24,284 bases of DNA from Fastidiosibacter lacustris. GTDB taxonomy: Bacteria > Pseudomonadota > Gammaproteobacteria > Francisellales > Francisellaceae. The translations under genes and the position numbers were made by a program. How positions within the stretch are numbered: the stretch's first letter is position 1; each line of letters starts with the position of its first letter. The notes under the pieces were generated by a model, which worked only from the letters and a program-made list of their open reading frames with translations, was not told the origin of the DNA and searched no databases. Location of the stretch: positions 1 through 24,284 of the forward strand of contig NZ_QLIR01000024.1 in the NCBI RefSeq assembly GCF_003428155.1, given 5' to 3'. This document shows, one piece after another, positions 19,894 to 24,284 of the stretch.

Positions 19894-21156
19894 CTAGTCC
19901 GCCAACGATAGCAAAAATCTTTTGTTTGAATACTTCTCTAGCGCTAACAGCAACATCCCAATGATTCCTAACACAGTTGATCCACTTATTAGCCAAAAAG
20001 GCAGCATCGTAAAACCATATTTATCTAAAATAACTACGGACAATGCGGGTATTGGGGCACTGAAAATAGAATAACTAATATTGTACGATAGCCCAATGCT
20101 ACGACATCTAAAACCAATGTGAGTCATTTCGGCAATAATGACAGTATATGTTGATGCCATCATACCAAATAAAGCAAAGATAAGCATCAAGGTAAACGCG
20201 CTAATAAAACCATTAATTAGGTTACTATAAAATAAATGACCAAGTATAGATGTTGCTATAGTTAGACAGCAGAAAAAGAGTTTCTTATTTACATAGTCGC
20301 TGATAATTCCTCCAAGAAAACAGCTGAAAATCATAACGCAAGAGCCATAAAAAATAAGATCTGATACAAGTTTTTTATCGATAGTTAAATAAGTTTCTGC
20401 GTAGCTAGGCAGAAACAAAAATAATTGCGTTGTAAGCATTGCTGCAGGAGCAACCAAGAGTATTCCGATAACGATATTTTTAGTGTGTTTTATCTTATTA
20501 TTTTTAATTGCATATTCCTTCTTGAATGCTAGAAATTCAGGAGTTTCATACAAGCCTTTTCTTAAGAAATAAATCAAAATAGAGAGTGCTGCACCAAATA
20601 GAAACGCGATTCTCCAACCATACTCATATAAGGGATTTGACACTGGAATATAACTAATGACCATAAAAACAAATGTACTTAGCATAATTCCTAAACCAAG
20701 ACATGAGAAAATAACGCTAATAGCCATTCCTTTTTTCTTAGGGAAGTGTTCAATGCTATATGATATTGCAGTTGGGATTTCTCCGCCTATGGCTAGTCCT
20801 TGTATTATTCTTAGTAGAGCGAAAATGATAGCTGTAGATATACCAATAGTTTCAGTGCTGGGTAAAATTGCCATTAAAAGGGTTGATAAAGCTAGGGTTA
20901 GCATAGTAAAAAAGAAACTCGTTTTCCTGCCGTATTTATCACCTATAAAGCCAAAAATCAATCCTCCAATAGGTCGAATAAAATAACCAAGAGCAAGTAT
21001 TAGAAAAGCATATATAATACCTAAAGCAACTGACTCTTCAGGGAAAAATGACTTTGCGATTACAGGTGCAAAATATGCAAATATTGCAAAATCATAATAT
21101 TCAATTCCTGCACCACAGCCAGAAATAGCAAGAGTTTTTAATTGATTAAGTTTCAT
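19894..21156 (-). CDS. MFS transporter, metabolite:H+ symporter (MHS/ProP-like) family
   Basis: GAGIEYYDFAIFAYFAPVIAKSFFP, GYFIRPIGGLIFGFIGDKYGRKTSF, ALLRIIQGLAIGGEIPTAISY. SD AGGGGAGGAT before ATG. Confidence 0.9.
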   Translation of the reverse strand: MKLNQLKTLAISGCGAGIEYYDFAIFAYFAPVIAKSFFPEESVALGIIYAFLILALGYFIRPIGGLIFGFIGDKYGRKTSFFFTMLTLALSTLLMAILPSTETIGISTAIIFALLRIIQGLAIGGEIPTAISYSIEHFPKKKGMAISVIFSCLGLGIMLSTFVFMVISYIPVSNPLYEYGWRIAFLFGAALSILIYFLRKGLYETPEFLAFKKEYAIKNNKIKHTKNIVIGILLVAPAAMLTTQLFLFLPSYAETYLTIDKKLVSDLIFYGSCVMIFSCFLGGIISDYVNKKLFFCCLTIATSILGHLFYSNLINGFISAFTLMLIFALFGMMASTYTVIIAEMTHIGFRCRSIGLSYNISYSIFSAPIPALSVVILDKYGFTMLPFWLISGSTVLGIIGMLLLALEKYSNKRFLLSLAD

Positions 21157-21316
21157 TGTGTTATATCCTCCCCTAATTTATTAGTTAGAATATAAGGTTT
21201 TATGCATCTTATAACAACCTAATTTTTGCATGGCAATTGAATGCTTGTAACGTCCAATTTTATTTGAGATTCCTAACACTTTATTTTGTTTTTGACTGAA
21301 TCTGTTATTAAAGGCA

Positions 21317-22531
21317 TCACTTAATCAACACAGGCTTAAATACTTTGGCGTTACCATCGTTTTCGACTTTACGAAACGGTAAGGTAAACGAAAATCTTGG
21401 TCCTTCAAATAATGAGTCATTCAATTCTTCGCCATCACAGAGCAAGTCAGCATAATACTTGGCTAAGGAAAGATCATAAGCAAAGTTATGTTTATCCGTG
21501 GCGATATGGCTTTGAGATTTATAGACAAGATGCTCTGCACGAATATTACCGTCTTCTAATTCTAGAAAAGGCATATTGCCATCAAATTCAAAAGTAACAT
21601 ACAATTTATCTTTCATACCATCTTCGGCAGTAATAGTTAAACGAATGTCTTTTTTTCTGCTGTCTCTATCTATGGCTTTTGTGTAATTGGCAAATAAAGT
21701 GCGGATAACGTGACGGATTTTTTTATAATCGACATAAAGTTTTTGTTTGGATTTTTCGTCCATATCAAATGAGACACTCACATCGAATTCTGCGCTGATT
21801 GAGGCATCTGCAAGATTTACCTCGTTTTGAATCAGTTCTTGTAAATACAAAGGAATTTGGTTTGTTTCTGGTTCCTTATCTTGATCTAATATTGATGTAT
21901 TTATTTTTTGATAAAGCGAGTATATGTCAGATAAACTTTCATTAATATTATAAAACTCATCATTAAGTTCAGTACGAACATTATTTGGAATATCCAATTT
22001 CATTAGTCGGTGCTCAATATTTTCGAGTGATTGAGAAATAACCTTAAGAGATTCAACGTAATCGTAACCATAAGATTTAAGATAGGCTCTTTGATATTCT
22101 AATTTTTTCTCAAGCTGATTTTTTTGTTGTATGGTTTCAGTCTCGAGTTTTTTGCGTTCGGTGATGTCGATGGAAATATTTAAAGTTCCAATTACTTCCC
22201 CTTTCTTATTCCGCCAGGGCGCAATAGTAGTATCAAAAATTTTAGTGTCACCTGTGATTTGATCTTTAACAATTTCTTCACAGTGGATCTGTTTTTTATA
22301 ATTGATAACATCATTTCTATTTTTAGTCAACTTAACTGCTATTTCTTTTGGATAGACATCAAAAGCATTTACACCTAACCAATTTTTTTCAGAGTTGATA
22401 TTTGCTGCCTTAACAGCAAACTTATTCATAAAAGTTACTTTGTGTTGTAAATCAGTACCATAAATAGGTTGAGGTATCATATCTGCAAATTCTTCAAAAG
22501 ATGGCGTAATTGTAGTGATATCTACTGGCAT
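21317..22531 (-). CDS. PAS-domain protein with degenerate histidine-kinase module (putative pseudokinase)
   Basis: N-terminal PAS plus 'ISIDITERKKLE' linker, nearly identical to the upstream paralog. H-box equivalent reads KSYGYDYVESL (Tyr at the His position). No DxGxG or GTGLG boxes in the C-terminus. Confidence 0.8.
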   Translation of the reverse strand: MPVDITTITPSFEEFADMIPQPIYGTDLQHKVTFMNKFAVKAANINSEKNWLGVNAFDVYPKEIAVKLTKNRNDVINYKKQIHCEEIVKDQITGDTKIFDTTIAPWRNKKGEVIGTLNISIDITERKKLETETIQQKNQLEKKLEYQRAYLKSYGYDYVESLKVISQSLENIEHRLMKLDIPNNVRTELNDEFYNINESLSDIYSLYQKINTSILDQDKEPETNQIPLYLQELIQNEVNLADASISAEFDVSVSFDMDEKSKQKLYVDYKKIRHVIRTLFANYTKAIDRDSRKKDIRLTITAEDGMKDKLYVTFEFDGNMPFLELEDGNIRAEHLVYKSQSHIATDKHNFAYDLSLAKYYADLLCDGEELNDSLFEGPRFSFTLPFRKVENDGNAKVFKPVLIK

Positions 22532-22543
22532 AATGCTTCCTTA
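22118..22543. repeat. Direct repeat copy A (PAS sensor-coding segment plus SD)
   Basis: By eye identical to 23264-23689 except G22326 versus A23472 (Thr69/Ile69). Offset exactly 1146 nt. Confidence 0.93.
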
Positions 22544-23677
22544 GTTTTTATTTTTCTTAAATGGTATCTCAACCCAAAATGTAGAACCTTTTCCAACAAC
22601 ACTTTCAAAGTCTACTTTGCCACCTAATAGATCAAGGTTGCTTTTGACAATATATAAACCGAGTCCTGTACCATGAATATTTGTTTCATAAGAACTGACT
22701 AAACGTTTACCTCGTTTATATATTTTTTCGCGATCTGACTCAGCAATACCCATACCCGTATCAGTAACGATAAACTTAACTACCCATTCCTCTTTATGAT
22801 CGATGATTTTCACTTCCAATGTAATTTCTCCTTCTTTTGTGTACTTAATCGCATTCGATAACAAATTACGTAAAATTTGTCTTGTTTTAGAAAGGTCACC
22901 ATTGAGTTTGCTTGGTATAGTCTTATCCATAGAATAAGAAACAGAAAGCTTTTTACTTTGTTCAATCGAAGCCTTAGCAAGCTCAATTTCATCTTGAACC
23001 ATGAGTGATAAATCAAAGTCACTTAAGACAATTATATGCTCAAATTGCTCTTTCAGCATTACATCGGTCATCTGCTCAAGCATTTTATGTAACGACATAA
23101 CGTTTTTATTTAATTGATTAATGAAATTGGTGAATTTTTCATCTTCTTTACCCAAAATTTTTAAAAGCGCAAGATTACCTACTAACGCATTAATGGGTAA
23201 ATTAACATCATGACTAAAATTTTTGATGAATTCTTTTTTGATTTGATCTTTTCCTTCCAACTCATTTTTTTGTTGTATGGTTTCAGTCTCGAGTTTTTTG
23301 CGTTCGGTGATGTCGATGGAAATATTTAAAGTTCCAATTACTTCCCCTTTCTTATTCCGCCAGGGCGCAATAGTAGTATCAAAAATTTTAGTGTCACCTG
23401 TGATTTGATCTTTAACAATTTCTTCACAGTGGATCTGTTTTTTATAATTGATAACATCATTTCTATTTTTAATCAACTTAACTGCTATTTCTTTTGGATA
23501 GACATCAAAAGCATTTACACCTAACCAATTTTTTTCAGAGTTGATATTTGCTGCCTTAACAGCAAACTTATTCATAAAAGTTACTTTGTGTTGTAAATCA
23601 GTACCATAAATAGGTTGAGGTATCATATCTGCAAATTCTTCAAAAGATGGCGTAATTGTAGTGATATCTACTGGCAT
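22541..23677 (-). CDS. PAS-domain sensor histidine kinase
   Basis: PAS domain, H-box KNFSHDVNLPINAL (H156), N-box QILRNLLSNAIKYTKEGEI, DTGMGIAESD, GTGLGLYIVKSNLDLLGGK, GSTFWVEIPF. Confidence 0.93.
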   Translation of the reverse strand: MPVDITTITPSFEEFADMIPQPIYGTDLQHKVTFMNKFAVKAANINSEKNWLGVNAFDVYPKEIAVKLIKNRNDVINYKKQIHCEEIVKDQITGDTKIFDTTIAPWRNKKGEVIGTLNISIDITERKKLETETIQQKNELEGKDQIKKEFIKNFSHDVNLPINALVGNLALLKILGKEDEKFTNFINQLNKNVMSLHKMLEQMTDVMLKEQFEHIIVLSDFDLSLMVQDEIELAKASIEQSKKLSVSYSMDKTIPSKLNGDLSKTRQILRNLLSNAIKYTKEGEITLEVKIIDHKEEWVVKFIVTDTGMGIAESDREKIYKRGKRLVSSYETNIHGTGLGLYIVKSNLDLLGGKVDFESVVGKGSTFWVEIPFKKNKN

Positions 23678-23689
23678 AATGCTTCCTTA
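23264..23689. repeat. Direct repeat copy B (PAS sensor-coding segment plus SD)
   Basis: Partner of 22118-22543. Confidence 0.93.
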
Positions 23690-24284
23690 CTTTCTATCTT
23701 TATTTCTCTGAGATAGGTGTTATTTAACGATAAAACGTTTATCTTTTGCCATTTAAAATCAAAGTTTTTTAAATTTTTTAAGATATTTTCAGTTTTATTT
23801 TGCAATATTAATAGATTAAACTTACTCATAAAATTCTGATCTTCTTGCCAGCCCATGCGTAATAAAAATCGTCCAATTAAATCACTATTATCATTATTGT
23901 GTAAATAATCAATTAAATCGTCAATAAATTTATCAAAGCTCACTTTAGCGAGAGGTTGGTTTTTGACTGTAAGCATGTCGGATAATCGAATTAAATTTGG
24001 ATTAAAAACGTGATAAGTATCATTGCTTAATTCTACTTTGTTAAAAAGCTTTACAATCGCTTGTGCTGTAATATCGGCAGGGGAGATTTCCACTTCATCC
24101 AGAACTTCAGCAATACACCCTAATTGAGCGATAAACTTCACATAGTTAGCAAAAGAGTTATCTTCAACATCCTCTTGTACTTTGCCATTTTGTTGCATAA
24201 ACGCTAAATTACCGACTCGATAAATATTGCTTTTTATTCCCTTCTCGCGCCATTTAATGGTTTCAATCTCACCTAAATACTTAG
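23668..24284 (-). CDS. C-terminal part of a thioester-reductase/SDR-type domain protein (NRPS or carboxylic-acid-reductase-like), truncated by window edge
   Basis: The frame is open to 24284, beyond the track start at 24198: KYLGEIETIKWREKGIKSNIYRVGNLAFMQQNGKVQEDVEDNSFANYVKFIAQLGCIAEVLDEVEISPADITAQAIVKLFNKVELSNDTYHVFNPNLIRLSDML. This matches the thioester-reductase pattern 'IYRpG...IQLG...vDyVarAIv.L......YHl.NP.......l'. Confidence 0.7.
   Translation of the reverse strand, partial: KYLGEIETIKWREKGIKSNIYRVGNLAFMQQNGKVQEDVEDNSFANYVKFIAQLGCIAEVLDEVEISPADITAQAIVKLFNKVELSNDTYHVFNPNLIRLSDMLTVKNQPLAKVSFDKFIDDLIDYLHNNDNSDLIGRFLLRMGWQEDQNFMSKFNLLILQNKTENILKNLKNFDFKWQKINVLSLNNTYLREIKIESKEALCQ

Noticed and set aside
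1-24284. CRISPR array, tRNA or rRNA genes
   Set aside because: No regularly spaced short repeats, cloverleaf-type or rRNA-like sequences were noticed; the only large repeat is the pair of PAS-coding copies.

Overview
AT-rich bacterial window, probably gammaproteobacterial, with mostly ordinary gene content and two more interesting stretches. From left to right: (i) what may be the 3' end of an IS481-like element (window edge); (ii) a fused double-domain NitT/TauT-type ABC permease with its ATPase; (iii) a DinG-type Fe-S helicase; (iv) a large standalone SF1 helicase/AAA gene whose single reading frame (6204-9815) is broken by one in-frame TAA, so the ORF track shows it as two ORFs; (v) an Rrf2-type SUF regulator plus sufB-sufC-sufD, with no sufS in the window; (vi) an intergenic region of about 550 nt containing two consecutive stem-loops that present near-identical purine-rich loops, a candidate ncRNA or leader; (vii) an amino-acid permease; (viii) agmatine-route putrescine genes speA-aguA-aguB; (ix) a minus-strand block. 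That block contains the C-terminus of a thioester-reductase-like (NRPS/CAR-type) protein running off the right edge, two tandem PAS-sensor proteins, and an MHS-family transporter. The two PAS proteins share a 426-bp repeat with one mismatch by eye. One is a canonical histidine kinase (H156). The other has Tyr at exactly the same position (Y156) and lacks recognisable ATP-binding boxes, so it looks like a pseudokinase. The best candidates for something new are the reductase / kinase / pseudokinase / transporter block, the stop-interrupted helicase, and the 14088-14225 RNA-like element. No alignment, folding or database search could be run.
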